Notes: generated from the sequence alone by a model not told the origin. Positions 12,560-24,513 are shown, numbered from the stretch's first letter. The stretch is 64,000 bases of DNA from Octopus sinensis (GCF_006345805.1 NC_043000.1:58218001-58282000), one strand, 5' to 3'. Translations and numbers: made by a program.

Positions 12560-12765
12560 CGATTTTTTCCCTCTGTCTTCCCTTCTCTGGATCTTTCCTT
12601 CTATGTTTCCGACGAAGAGCTCCGCTCGAAACGTTAAACCCTCCTTCTTTCCTTCTTTCCTGAGCGTCCCATAATATTATATTTGTTCCACGTCCTCGCG
12701 TTGTTGTGTTTTTTTTTGTGCTTTCTTGTTTGGATTAACTATATATATATATATATATATATAAT
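12560..12765 (+). mobile_element. Solo PLE-type terminal repeat with HHR, ending in (TA)n
   Basis: Same layout as the 1140-1340 PLE end (HHR, ttcctgagYgt...taata...tttgtt...aactatata). Confidence 0.65.
12605..12639 (+). ncRNA. Minimal type I hammerhead motif (sense to host pre-mRNA)
   Basis: gttt-CCGACGA-A-GAGC(UCC)GCUC-GAAAC-GUU-aaac. Stems I and II are perfect; ACGU palindrome as stem III; U4 is C. Confidence 0.7.
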
Positions 12766-12967
12766 AAATCTCTGAGCGAGGTATATTCGTGAAGTATATT
12801 TGCCATCTAGTTGTGGCTAACCCTTATGAGTTGATGCTACTGTAGCTTGTAGCCCCAGAAAGACATTTCCTCCAGCTGCCTATTGACACACTATCTGTGC
12901 CCTATCAGTATTTGCAAAGGGAAGTCATCGTCCCCATTTCTAGCCTGACGTGATACACACGGACCCA

Positions 12968-13350
12968 GGAGTGGCTGTGTGGTAAGTAGCTTGCTTATCA
13001 ACCACATGGTTTCGAGTTCAGTCTCACTGCGTGGCACCTGGGTAAAGTTTCTTCTACTATAGCCTGAGGCCGACCAAAGCCTTGTGAGTGGATTTGGTAG
13101 ACGGAAACTGAAAGAAGCCTGTCGTATATATATAAATATGTATGTGTGTGTATGTGTTTGTCACCCCAACATTGCTTGACAACTGATGCTGGTGTGTTAA
13201 CGTCCCCGTAACTCGGCAGTTCAGCAAAATAGACCAATAGAATAAGTGCTAGGCTTACAAAGAATAAGTCCTGGGGGTCGATTTGCTTGACTAAAGGCAG
13301 TGCTCTAGCATAGCCGCAGTCAAATGACTGAAACAAGTAAAAGAGTAAAA
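12968..13350 (+). mobile_element. tRNA-headed SINE family A, near full length
   Basis: A-box-like gagtggctgtgtggtaag, B-box-like ggtttcgagttcagtc, internal microsatellite, 3' end gtcaaatgactgaaacaagtaaaagag. Confidence 0.9.
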
Positions 13351-13442
13351 CAATATATATATATGTAGTTAATTGAGATTCAGTTAAAAATTTTATAGAA
13401 TCCTGTGCAGAGAAATGGTGAGAGGATGAGCATATTTGTATA

Positions 13443-13524
13443 ATCTTCTGAGGAAGCATATTCCACACCTTGTAAGCATCTATGTACTACAGGTGTGAAA
13501 ATGTGTCGAAACAACCGTAGTGAT
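13443..13524 (+). ncRNA. Hammerhead-like motif with long stem II (sense)
   Basis: atctt-CUGAGGA-agcatattccacaccttgta...tacaggtgtgaaaatgtgtc-GAAAC-AACC-GUA-gtgat. About 20-bp imperfect stem II; imperfect stem I. Confidence 0.55.
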
Positions 13525-13555
13525 ATTGGTATCATTCTCTCTTTCTCTCTCTCTA

Positions 13556-13586
<31 letters not shown>

Positions 13587-13591
13587 ATATA

Positions 13592-13735
13592 TCATCATCA
13601 TCATCATCGTTTAACGTCCGTTTTCCGCACTAGCACGGGTTGGACGGTTCGACCGGGGTCTGGGAAGCCAGGGCTGCACCAGGCTTCAGTCTGATCTGGC
13701 AGTGTTTCTACAGCTGGATGCCCTTCCTAATGCCA
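13592..13735 (-). mobile_element. SINE family B 3' fragment
   Basis: (CAT)n + cgtttaacgtccgttttcc...ggatgcccttcctaatgcc. Confidence 0.85.
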
Positions 13736-13744
13736 ATATATATA

Positions 13745-13990
13745 TATATTATGGCTGCCCCCTTGTTATCAAGTATGGCCATTGCACGAAGCTTAACTGT
13801 TACTGGTGCTGTGATCTACAATGTCTTGTACAAAATTGGCAACTAAAACCTTTACTGGTAATAGCCGGCTGTAGTTGTAACTGGGCTTCATGTACCTTTG
13901 CATGTCGTTTAAGTCCTCCTGCCAAATTACACTCTCTTCCACATCCCCGACAGATATGATTAGTATGGTGTGTTACACCACCACCAGTTA
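13745..13990 (-). mobile_element. LINE (RTE-like) 3' end encoding C2H2-type fingers
   Basis: HICRGCGRECNLAGGLKRHAKVH...FSCQFCTRHCRS then decay, followed by ggccatacttgataacaagggggcagcc and a (TA) tail typical of an RTE 3' end. Confidence 0.6.
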
Positions 13991-14444
13991 ATATATATAT
14001 ACACATAGATGTGTGTATGATGATATGTATGTGTACAAGTGTGTCTTCAATAGGAAACTTAGAATTTGACTTTTGATGGGAAAATTCCGGATTTTTGCAC
14101 AACTTCTGGAATTTTATTTAAAGGAAATGACACCTACATTTTTGAGAGCTATTTTCCTACTCCTCTTCAGCTTAACTAGTAAAAATTCAGTTTCAGACTG
14201 GAAAGGAAATTAAATCAGATTCAAATATTCTGGTAGAATATATTATATCACATTACACTTTCAGATGTAGTTTTGAATTTTGTATCAGGCCCAAAGTAGA
14301 TGTGTGTTCAATTTTTAAAATTAAACTATTTATTTGATTTAACTGGCAGTATTTAATGCTTGACTTGGAGAAAAGAAAGTAACAATATATATATATATAT
14401 ATTTATATATATGAGTGTGTATGTATGTATACTCTTTCTCTTTT

Positions 14445-14647
14445 ACTCTTTTACTTGTTTTAGTCATTTGACTGCGGCCATGCTGGAGCACCGCCTGTAG
14501 TCGAGCAAATCGACCCCGGGACTTATTCTTTGTAAGCCCAGTACTTATTCTATCGGTCTCTTTTGCCGAACCGCTAAGTGACAGGGATGTAAACACACCA
14601 GCATCGGTTGTCAAGCAATGCTAGGGGGACAAACACACAAACATATA

Positions 14648-14689
<42 letters not shown>

Positions 14690-14843
14690 TACGACAGGCT
14701 TCTTTCAGTTTCCATCTACCAAATCCACTCACAAGGCATTGGTCGGCCCGGGGCTATAGCAGAAGACACTTGCCCAAGATGCCACGCAGTGGGACTGAAC
14801 CCGGAACCATGTGATTGTTAGCAAGCTACTTACCGCACGGCCA
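14445..14843 (-). mobile_element. tRNA-headed SINE family A, near full length
   Basis: Reverse complement of the 12968-13350 family. Confidence 0.9.
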
Positions 14844-15425
14844 GCATATAATTCATATCCAGTTAAATGAAGAAAAGAAAATGGAGAGTTGAAAGTTAAT
14901 AATTATTCATTATTAAGAAATTGGTAATCTTTACTCTTACAGTTGTTTCCATTCATACTCAACAATTAAATTACAAATCTGTGCATTAAATTTGCTTTAA
15001 TATGCTATGAGTATAATTTTATCAGAGAAAAAAGATCTACCTTAATATGTTACATGCCAACCTATCAGTTTGCTAGTATGAACTGATAGGTCAGCGTGTA
15101 ACATCTTTGGGTATATCTTTTTTTTCTCTGATGAAACTATGCTCATAGCATATTAAAGCAAATTTAATGCGCAAATTTGTAATTTAATTATTGAGTATTT
15201 ATGGAAACAGCTGTAAGAGTAAAGATTACCAATGACTATTGAAAAGGGTGCAAGATGCAATGAAAATTTTAGGGAAAATAAATAAGTAAATGCGTGAAAA
15301 CTTTACCGGTGAGTGTGTTAAATAATAAGACAGTAAAAGAGAATGACTCTCCCCAGGCACCACAAAATATTAACTTTCAACTCCTAATTTTCTTTTCTTC
15401 ATTTAACTGGATATGAACTATATGC
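14844..15425. repeat. Fold-back palindrome with about 230-bp arms carrying mirrored HHR motifs
   Basis: gcatataattcatatccagttaaatgaag... mirrored by ...cttcatttaactggatatgaactatatgc; centre near 15075; right arm has an unrelated insert of about 130 bp. Confidence 0.9.
15124..15219 (+). ncRNA. Hammerhead-like motif with long stem II (sense; mirror copy at 14934-15029 minus)
   Basis: ttct-CUGAUGA-[69 nt with atgctca/tgagtat pairing]-GAAAC-AGCU-GUA-agag; ACAGCUGU palindromic stem III. Confidence 0.6.
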
Positions 15426-17059
15426 CTGATATACACCAATTGTTTTCAGGGAATTTCATTCCACAATAATACTAGGTATCAAACCAGTATTTCCTTGGAT
15501 GTAACCAACCTATTCTCTAAATAAATTTTTCTCTCTCTCTCTCTATGTATATATATATAATATGCACACATACATTTTTACTTTTTTTTCCCCAAATTAA
15601 GCATTTAATATTGTCACACACACACAGAAGGATCTTTCTTTTTAGATACATAAAGTTCAAGTATCCAAACATTTATTACCAAAGCTTTTCACAAGATAGA
15701 GTGCGGAGTATCAACAGGGCTTCTGGAATCTATTGTTAGTGGAATCCTTCAGTTTGCTGGCATGGGCAACCTTAATTTCTGCACCTTGTAAACTATTAAT
15801 TTTTAAAATGTTTACAAGGAAAAAATAAAGTGAAAATATGAAAATAAAAGTGTTAGAAACAAAGTTTCTAATCCTTTCATTAATATAAACCAAATATGGG
15901 TGAAACTGGACATGTGTTATTGATAATTGTTGGTAACAAAAATTGTGTGAAGAATTTAGGGTGGAATTGATCTCCTGTAGATGTAATAAATTTTCTTTTC
16001 ATAGAATATGATGAAAAATATTGATGATGTCGAAAAACTTACCTTATCCTAACTAAAATAGTTTCTATGACAAAAGTGATTCAATTTTAATATCATTGTA
16101 TTTGAAAGATTTCTAAACAAGACATGGTTCTTTTAGTATGTGGAGTCACTGGGCGACCCATCTGAGTTGCTGGTACCTTCAGCTGGCCCTGAATACCACC
16201 ATCTTAAATGTATTCTATGTCTGTTCCTGATTGAATTCATGCAACTTTTTTACTAATCATCCTTGATTATATGTAACTAGGTATCTGCATTTTTAGTTGG
16301 TGGTCAATGCCTTTAAGTCATTACTTCAAAGTCATAACTCCTTTAGCCACACTTTTCATTCTGTTGATCCAAAAGATCAAACATTGTGCACAAACAGCAT
16401 AGAATGGATTTAAGAGTTACATGAAATCTTAATATCAGTGTTCTCAACCTATCACCAGGAGTCCAGCTGATGTTGTGTTCATTAAAAGCAATGAATTTAT
16501 AGCTTTCATCTATTTGTTTTTACATTTTCTTACAGATTTTTGAATATTTCAATTTGCCAATGCCTACAACAAAAGATTCCTGCAATCATATGTCCACAGC
16601 TGTCTTCTCTCAGACTGATTTTCCTTCCTGGCATGCCAGTTTCAGAGAATTGCTTTTATTGACATTATCACCCTTTCACATTCAGGGTTGATTGCAATAG
16701 CTACTAGGTGTTTGTTTACTTTCTCTCAAAGCATAAACAATTTCAATAAATATAGAATATACATATTATATGTTATTTAATACACTTTTAATGCCATTGG
16801 CCATTCTGAGTAATTTCTTTTTGCTCCTTTTTTTTAAAAATTATGCAGTTCACCCATGGCTATAATTTTTTTTTTGTATATTTCTTTTTTGTATATTTCT
16901 TTTTGTATATTTCTAAGTCTTGTGTTTGCTGGAGTCAAAACAGAATAACTGCCAAAATGGGATGAATACACGTTAGTTGTTTGGGAACTAGCCATTTAAC
17001 ATGGGCACTCAGATACTAAGCCTGTTAGATGACAGCATTGTGTATATTTGGGAGAGAGA

Positions 17060-17424
17060 CTAATCATACAGTACACAAGTCCTTGGTTTCAATGGCTGTT
17101 GTATGTGACTGTGACTTTGAACTGGTTGATCAGCCTCCCTATACCCATGATTTGACCCCATCTGACTATCATCTGTTTCTCAACATGAAGAAAACACTTG
17201 GCTGGGAACCAGTACTGCATTGATGATGGCATCACATCAGCTGCCGATGACTTTTTTGGACCAACTGGATAAAAGTTTCTTCACTAATGGGATCCAAGCA
17301 CTGCAACACTGATGGAAGAAGTGTGTCGACCACACGGGGGACTATGTTGAAAAATAAACCTGATTTGGTCACATTCCATGAGAGTATTTGGATCAGCATA
17401 TGAACTTTTCAGCTGACCCTTGTA
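17060..17424 (+). mobile_element. Mariner transposase 3' fragment with right TIR
   Basis: DQPPYTHDLTPSDYHLFLNMKK...GIQALQH*WKKCVDHTGDYVEK*; TIR-like aacttttcagctgacccttgta. Confidence 0.85.
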
Positions 17425-18431
17425 TGTATAGATGGATGGATGGATGGATGAGCCATTGAGGAAGACCTTTTCATGATAGTTAGATCTCATGCAAACAGCA
17501 GCCAAATTGCCCTCAATTCACACTCTAACCTCTTCAAATAGAGTATATTGAATACTGCAGTCCTGGTTCCCTGCATACAGGAGAAGACACAATAGCCATG
17601 ACTAGAATACTTTTAATCATAATTCTACTTTATTACTTTTAACATGGAGCAACATAGCATATAATTGTATTGAGGAAAATGAAGTATAGGTTAAGCATCA
17701 CACCTACACACACACATGCATGCACATTTGTATTAAAAGATTTGTTATCTAAAGTGTAACAGGTTGGCAGAATTTTCTGAAAAATGCTTTCTTATTTTTT
17801 CATGAAATTTTGTAGTGATACACTTTTGAAGGCATAAGATTCAGAAAAGAAAATAAATATTTTATAAAATTTCAGAGAGTTTTACTCTCACCTTCTACTT
17901 ATTTCTCACAAATTTTCTTAATTTCTGCAGTTATTCACATTTTTTCCAGATTTCTATGATTGAAACATCAACATTATGTACTCTTCACTCTTGAAAATGT
18001 ATTTCTGCAAAATATCATTTAAAGAATTTGTATTTTAGAGAGAGTTTTGAGGAAACAAGATCTGGAAGGTGGATAATAATCTCAAACTCCTGAGTTTTTT
18101 TTTTTTGCAAAAAAAAAAAACCCAAAAATCATTCCCCAAAAACCAAACTCTGCAAAATCGCATTTAAAATAGGGGTGTTTTTTCAGAAGATTGTTAGGAA
18201 ACAAAGTTGGAGAAACACCAAACTGTAGTTGTACCAAAGTGTTGTAAATGTAAAAGGCAACATCATATTTACAAATTATTATATTGCGTGAGAATGAATG
18301 AGTCTGATGTGTGTTTGGCTCTTTCTCACTTCAGATACCTTATGCTAGTCCAGCATCTGCATAATATCCACACTACTTTCTTTTCCTAACTTCTTTTTGC
18401 TCTGTTTCCTCCTTAAATCAAATGATGTGTA

Positions 18432-18487
<56 letters not shown>

Positions 18488-18499
18488 TGAGAGAGAGAG

Positions 18500-19000
18500 A
18501 GAGAGAAATATTTTGGTTGGTGAACCAAGCATGCAGTGAACCCACTGAGTATTGATCCTCTAGTTAGGGAAATCTCCAAATTCAAGTCCCCTATGTCTTG
18601 TGTGGTACATGATTGACATTCCTCCAACTAAGGGTCAGATAGTGTAGTTGTGGTGGTTAAGGTATCCTTCACATTTGTGCTAATTAAATACTGCCACTTC
18701 TGCAGTTTCAGTCAGGAGCAGTTGTGGTTCTGTGCTACCATCCCAGGTGACTATGTTCCTTGTTAAAGTACTGCGTAGTCAGTCATGGTCTTCATTGATT
18801 ACTGGTGGTTGAAAATCTTTAATGCTTCAGATGGCAGAACTTTCATGGTTGTACTCAGGATGTTACTAACTATAATTGCTCTTTCTTAGCATTAGATCTT
18901 AAATGACTTTTGAGTCCTGAAAGGCATTTGAATAGCTGATCACATATACTGCAGTAATGTCTCATTCCAGCATTGGCTCTATTTTCTGCTTATCTGTTAT
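18500..19000 (-). mobile_element. Highly decayed LINE (RTE-like) AP-endonuclease remnant
   Basis: Frameshifted KWQY..SNV...SD-like C-terminal EN motif; weak. Confidence 0.35.
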
Positions 19001-19716
19001 GAATGTTCAAGTGCTACTTAAATCTTCCATGTAACTTACAGGGTTTTTTTTTGTGTATGTAAAGTTGCTTTTGAGTGCAGTTGGTAACATGTAACCCAGT
19101 ATAACGTGTCACATTGGTTGCGATATCAACAACTAAACTGACAGCTCCAAGCTTGCTTTGTGAAGGGGGTGATATTTGGACACCCTGTAGGAGGAAAAAC
19201 AAAGCCCATCAAAGGGCAGAGGAATTCGTGAGAGTCAACAGCTACCCAAATGTGTGTGTATGTGAGTATTTACAGAAAGTGTAATGACAGTTTCTTCTGA
19301 GAGGCCCTTATGTAAGAGATGCCTAGGAACACTATCCCCATGATGTTCTCAGGAATAGTGGGTGGAGCAAATGGATGGATAAGATCTTCATTAGGAATAA
19401 ATAATGTGTAACAATTGAATTAATGCTTAAGTTTATAATTTATACGATAACTCTTTAGTTACTTTATCTTTAACAGAAATGTCAATTACAACGTCGTTTA
19501 TAATTATGGGTGCAAGTAAAAAAAGGTTTTCATTTCTAGGTTTATAGATATTAGAATTGTATTTCAGAGAAAACTTTTGGGACTTTGTTTTGGGAAATTT
19601 GGGAAAAATTCAGGAATTGGGAAGATAATAGTGATATCTTCTGAGAGAAAAAGAGATATTAAAGGTAGTTTAAGAGATTTTAGAGGGAAAAGATCAAATT
19701 ACACAGGGTGGTTTAA

Positions 19717-19937
19717 CCCTTTAGTGTTCACATTATTCAGCCAAAATTAATCCTTTTTTATCCACATTGTTTTGAACTAATCATGCATTATCTTGTAGCT
19801 ATGAGATTTTGATGAGGTAGCCGTTAATTTTTAAAACGATATTGTAGGGTTGGTGTGAGAGACCAGATCTGGCCAGTTTGAACATAAAACAGGCAGAATA
19901 TTTTTGGCTGGATGTGGCTGGTTTAAATGCTAAAGGG
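19717..19937. mobile_element. piggyBac-type MITE (TTAA TSD)
   Basis: TTAA-ccctttagtgtt ... aatgctaaaggg-TTAA, 221 bp. Confidence 0.9.
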
Positions 19938-20461
19938 TTAAATGTGAGCTGTAGATCTTTGCTATCCAATCCTCTGAATCATTGACATAATGATTTTAAT
20001 TAACTTAATTTTTAAGTATTATCTTATCAAGGACACTGTTGATCCTGTTTGAGGTAAGGGGTCTGATACAGGGTACAAAAATAAATGACTGTGGTTTGAA
20101 ATATATTGTTGACAACTCAATTATAAAACATAAATGTCAAGAACTTTTAGAATATAATTTTTATATTGATATAAGTGTACCCAGAGCCTAAAGAGGGCAA
20201 CTTTCTTTGATGGCTAACATCATTTGTTTTATTATTATATATTTTTTTAAATGTCATAGTCCATGAAGGTATCAACGATATGAACCCTAGACAAAGGAGA
20301 AGCTATCAAGAAACAAAATCGTGCCAAACAAAAATAAGTTTTGAAAATCTTAATTTATTTTAACAATTTAGTATCCTTCAGATGCAACAATTACCAAAAA
20401 AGTATCAAGAAAATATTAGTTGTCACTTAAACTAAGTTTTTACCTTATATCAAAGTCTTTT

Positions 20462-20635
20462 CTAGGCTTGAAATTTCTGGGGGAGGGACTGGTCAATTAC
20501 ATCTACCCCAGTGTTTCACTGGTACTTAACTTATCAATCTCAAAAGGATGAAAGGCAGAATCAACTTTCAACGTAAAGATGGTTGAAATACCAGTAAGCA
20601 TTTTGTTTGGCATGCTAATGACTCTGCTAGCTCCT
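20462..20635 (-). mobile_element. SINE family E
   Basis: Reverse complement of family E. Confidence 0.75.
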
Positions 20636-21534
20636 CACCTTTACTTTATGCCAAACTAAAATGATTATTTATTCCATCATAATTATCAATAGCTAGACAT
20701 AACTAAAAAACAAATTATCAAAAAGATATGAAAATATATCAAAATTTGATAAATTAATGGAATTAGTCATTAGGAATTTATCATTGCCAAAATTGTTATG
20801 TTAAAATTTTTTTTTTAAATGTATTTATAAAAGATTATTTACATTTGAATATCGTCAACACAAAAAACAAAGTTTTTCTTTTAAGTATTTAAAATTTTCA
20901 AAAAATTGTTTTTGGTTTTGATAACTTATTATTTAAAAAGAAAATTTAATAAAACTGTTTACTGTTATTCTACTGTGCTTGCTTATCACTCATCTCCTGG
21001 TCATCCTGTCTAGATATGACTTAGACAGTCACAGACTGGATAAGAGTGACATAAAATGCCATCACAATTTTCTACATGAGAATATCCAAGATGGTGGTGC
21101 TGGGCACATCTTGGGCCTATAAGGAGACTCACAGTGAGCTCTGTTTCTTGGGAATGGAAATATGATCAAACCCATTTTGACTCAACTGGTTGGCTTGACT
21201 TGTGTCTTCTGACTGGTGTCATTTAATTAATCTACTGCTGTTTTATTTGCATTTTCTTTCTTCATCTTAAATTCTTCATTGGTATTTTATAAAGCATAAT
21301 TTTTGTCAATTAATAAAATTTATTTTTTACTATAGTTTAAACTGTTTTAGTTTCTTAGTTAAAAGTCATAAGTTGGAAATTTCTGGGTATAAACAGCCCA
21401 AGAATGTTGGATTTCCAAAGCTTCATGGGTATAATTTCATCAAATTTTCATATTTACTGGAGTGGGGTAAGTAGGCTCCTCCCTTAAACCACTACACCCT
21501 TTATTTCTCATTATTTCTCTTTGCCTAAGGCAGC

Positions 21535-21665
21535 AAAGCTGGAAGAATTGTTAGCATCCAGGGAAAAACGCTTAACGGCATTTTGTCTGTCTTTAAATTC
21601 GGAGTTCAAATCCTGTTGAGGCCAACATTGTCTTTCATCTTTTCAGGGTCAATAAAATTAGTACA
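21535..21665 (+). mobile_element. SINE family E, 5' part
   Basis: aagctggaagaattgttagc...ggagttcaaatcc. Confidence 0.7.
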
Positions 21666-21989
21666 TTCTTTTGTGGTAAGAATGTACCCTATTATGATAT
21701 GATTTTTATTTATTCTCATTTTCTCAATGATTCTTATTTTTTCTCTCCAAATGCATTTATGCATACATATTGTACTGTATGTATAGAAAATATTTTTATG
21801 CATAATTCTTATCATTTTTGTTTTTCAAATATCCAAGGAATGCATTATCATATTGTAATTTGAAAATCAATGGGAAAATTAATTTTGCATTATAGTTTTT
21901 TATTACTTATGTACATCTATTTGTCTGCTTATATAACATAAGCTAAATATATATATATAATATAATATAATATAATGTATATATTTTGT

Positions 21990-22290
21990 ATTTCAAAGGG
22001 CCAGCCTTGTCACACTCTGTGTCACACTGAATCTCACCGAGAACTACATTAAGGGTACACATGTCTGTGGAGTGCTCAGCCACTTGCACGTTAATAAATG
22101 AGCTGTGACGTCACTGGTGCCAAGTTGTATTGGCCTTTGCCTTTCCCTTGGATAACATTGGTGGCATGGAGAGGGGAGGCCAGTATGCATGGGCAACTGC
22201 TGGTCTTCCATAAACAACCTTCCCCAGACTTGTGCCTCTGAGGGTAACTTTCTAGGTGCAATCCCATGGTCATTCATGACTGAAAGGGGT
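21990..22290 (+). mobile_element. Chimeric SINE: family D body joined to family C 3' half
   Basis: 21990-22075 matches 24650-24745; 22082-22290 matches the reverse complement of 2866-3090. Confidence 0.7.
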
Positions 22291-22442
22291 CACAACAACA
22301 ATGTATATATTTGTGTGTGTGTGTGTGTGTGTGTATACACACACACATACACTCTACATATATATATTATGTATAATTTTCATGCACATATATATTTAAA
22401 TAAATACATATATACATTTAAATATATGTATGTATATTTATA

Positions 22443-23090
22443 TGCAGGGTGTCTGGACTAAATTTGACAGCTGGTATAAAAGAAAAGAAAACAATATTCT
22501 ATCCAAAAATACAAGTATTTTAAAAAGTCAAAAAATATCAACTAGGTTATAGCTGAAAAAAAAAAAACAGTTTACTAACAGTAGCCACCCTTAGCTTCCA
22601 CTATGGCCTCAAGATGGCTTTAGAACCTGGTGCATACATTCTTTACTGTGTCCCCAGGAAGATCTTTGAACTTCTAATGGTCATCATCTTGGTCACCAGC
22701 TCAGAGTAGTTGGTATCTGTTTCATCCACAATTCATTCATAATAATCCATAGAATTAAAATGTAGGCCAGAAATTGGAGTTGGTGAAGTCATAGTAATTC
22801 TCCAACAAACACTTTTGACTCTTTCTGGAGGTATCAAAAGGCTGTGAATCCTGCTGCCACACATATGGCCTTCAAGAAAGAATCCTCTCTATTCAGGGAT
22901 TGACCAGTCTCTAGCAGCTTCACTTAGCCAACTGAAATGAGACCAAGATCCTGTTCAAAGATGCCCACAACTTCAGAGTCCCTGCTGTAGCTGTCCATGT
23001 CATGTCTTAAAGCCTTTAAAGTGTTTACAGAGCAGTAGTCATAATGTCAGCATTTTTGATATCTGGCATGATATCTGGTTTTTCATGTCA
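22443..23090 (-). mobile_element. Decayed Tc1/mariner (maT-like) element with TIR
   Basis: TIR-like cagggtgtc at 22444; degenerate transposase C-terminal motifs on the minus strand. Confidence 0.45.
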
Positions 23091-23182
23091 GCTAACTTTT
23101 TCTCAATTACAATTATCCTCTCCAATACCACAAACTGTTTACAAATACATCAAGTTGTTCTCATAAAAAGGAGACAAAATTC

Positions 23183-23390
23183 ATCATCGTTTAACGTCCA
23201 TTTTCCATGCTGGTATGGGTTAGATGGTTTGACTGTACCATGTTCCAGTTTGATCTTGGCTTGTTTTCTATGACTGGATGCCCTTCCTAAAACCCACTAT
23301 TCCACAGAATGTTCTGGGTACCATTCAGGTGTCACCAGCATGGGTACTCGGTACATGGTATCAGCACAGGTGCCTTTTACGTGTCACCAT
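23183..23390 (-). mobile_element. SINE family B fragment
   Basis: catcatcgtttaacgtccattttccatgc...ggatgcccttcc. Confidence 0.8.
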
Positions 23391-23716
23391 CATGAATACA
23401 CATATTTATTCATAAATACACACACACACAAACACACACACACACAACACACACACAGATGTATGTATATATATGTGTGTGTGTGTGTAAAAAAAGGTCG
23501 TTTCCATGTTTTTGTTTTTATGTTTTCGTTTCTCATTGTGTTCAAGGTTTTTTTTATGTCCTGTACCCATATATGCATGTATATACACATATAGATGTAG
23601 GTATGTACATATATGTATGTATATATGCATATATTTATATATTATTTATATTATATATATATATATATATATGAAAAAATAAGTCAAAATAGAAAATAAT
23701 TTTATAGTGAACATTT

Positions 23717-23754
23717 CAGTACCGGTTTCGGTCATTTTGAGACCTTTTCAACTG
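23717..23754 (-). ncRNA. Minimal type I hammerhead with U3-A8 covariant core
   Basis: cag-UUGAAAA-GGUC(UCAAAAU)GACC-GAAAC-CG-GUA-cug. All helices pair; ACCGGU palindrome; the C3-G8 pair is replaced by U3-A8. Confidence 0.8.
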
Positions 23755-24020
23755 TAACGATTAAATAATTAAATTTAGAAAAATTAGAAGAAAAGTTTTT
23801 TTAAAGGAATATTTCTATAGTGGTGTTCAGATATAAGTGGCATTCTGCCTTTCTCTGACTCCCTTGTTTGCACTTGTGTGTTCGAGGTCGTTATACCCTT
23901 ATACATGAACACACATATACACATATCTTATATTTACATCTATGCTCAATATTTACACACTATTATTTATCACTTTATATGTACTTTGAGATCCTGTCCC
24001 AAATAAGAATTATATATATA

Positions 24021-24058
<38 letters not shown>

Positions 24059-24513
24059 TGTGTACATATATAAAGAGAGTGAGAGAGAAAGAGAGATTTA
24101 TACACATACACACATTAATTTCCTTCTTCTAGTGTTACTCACACACTTGTTTTCCTTACAGCTGATATTTCCTGCTGCTGCTCTCTCATAACAATCATTG
24201 AGAACATGATATATGGTTTCTCTTTCTTTACTTCGTGCTGTATCAGCAGTCTCTGAAGAACCTTTCAGAGCCTTGCTTAGACTCCTTTAGTATATATGTA
24301 ACAGTATTGTGTATCAGAAATGTTTGACCTTAAAATGAGAGTATTGAAACTAGAACTTAAAGTCACTCAATTGGTTATTTCATAATTTACATTAATATTC
24401 CATTTTTATTGACGTTAAATAATATATACATACATAGATTTATATATATATATATATGTATGTATATGTACATATGTGTATAGGTATACATATCTATATG
24501 TGTGTGTATGTGT

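Noticed and set aside
12968-13040. tRNA-like A and B boxes here and at other SINE heads
   Set aside because: These are SINE heads, not cloverleaf tRNA genes.
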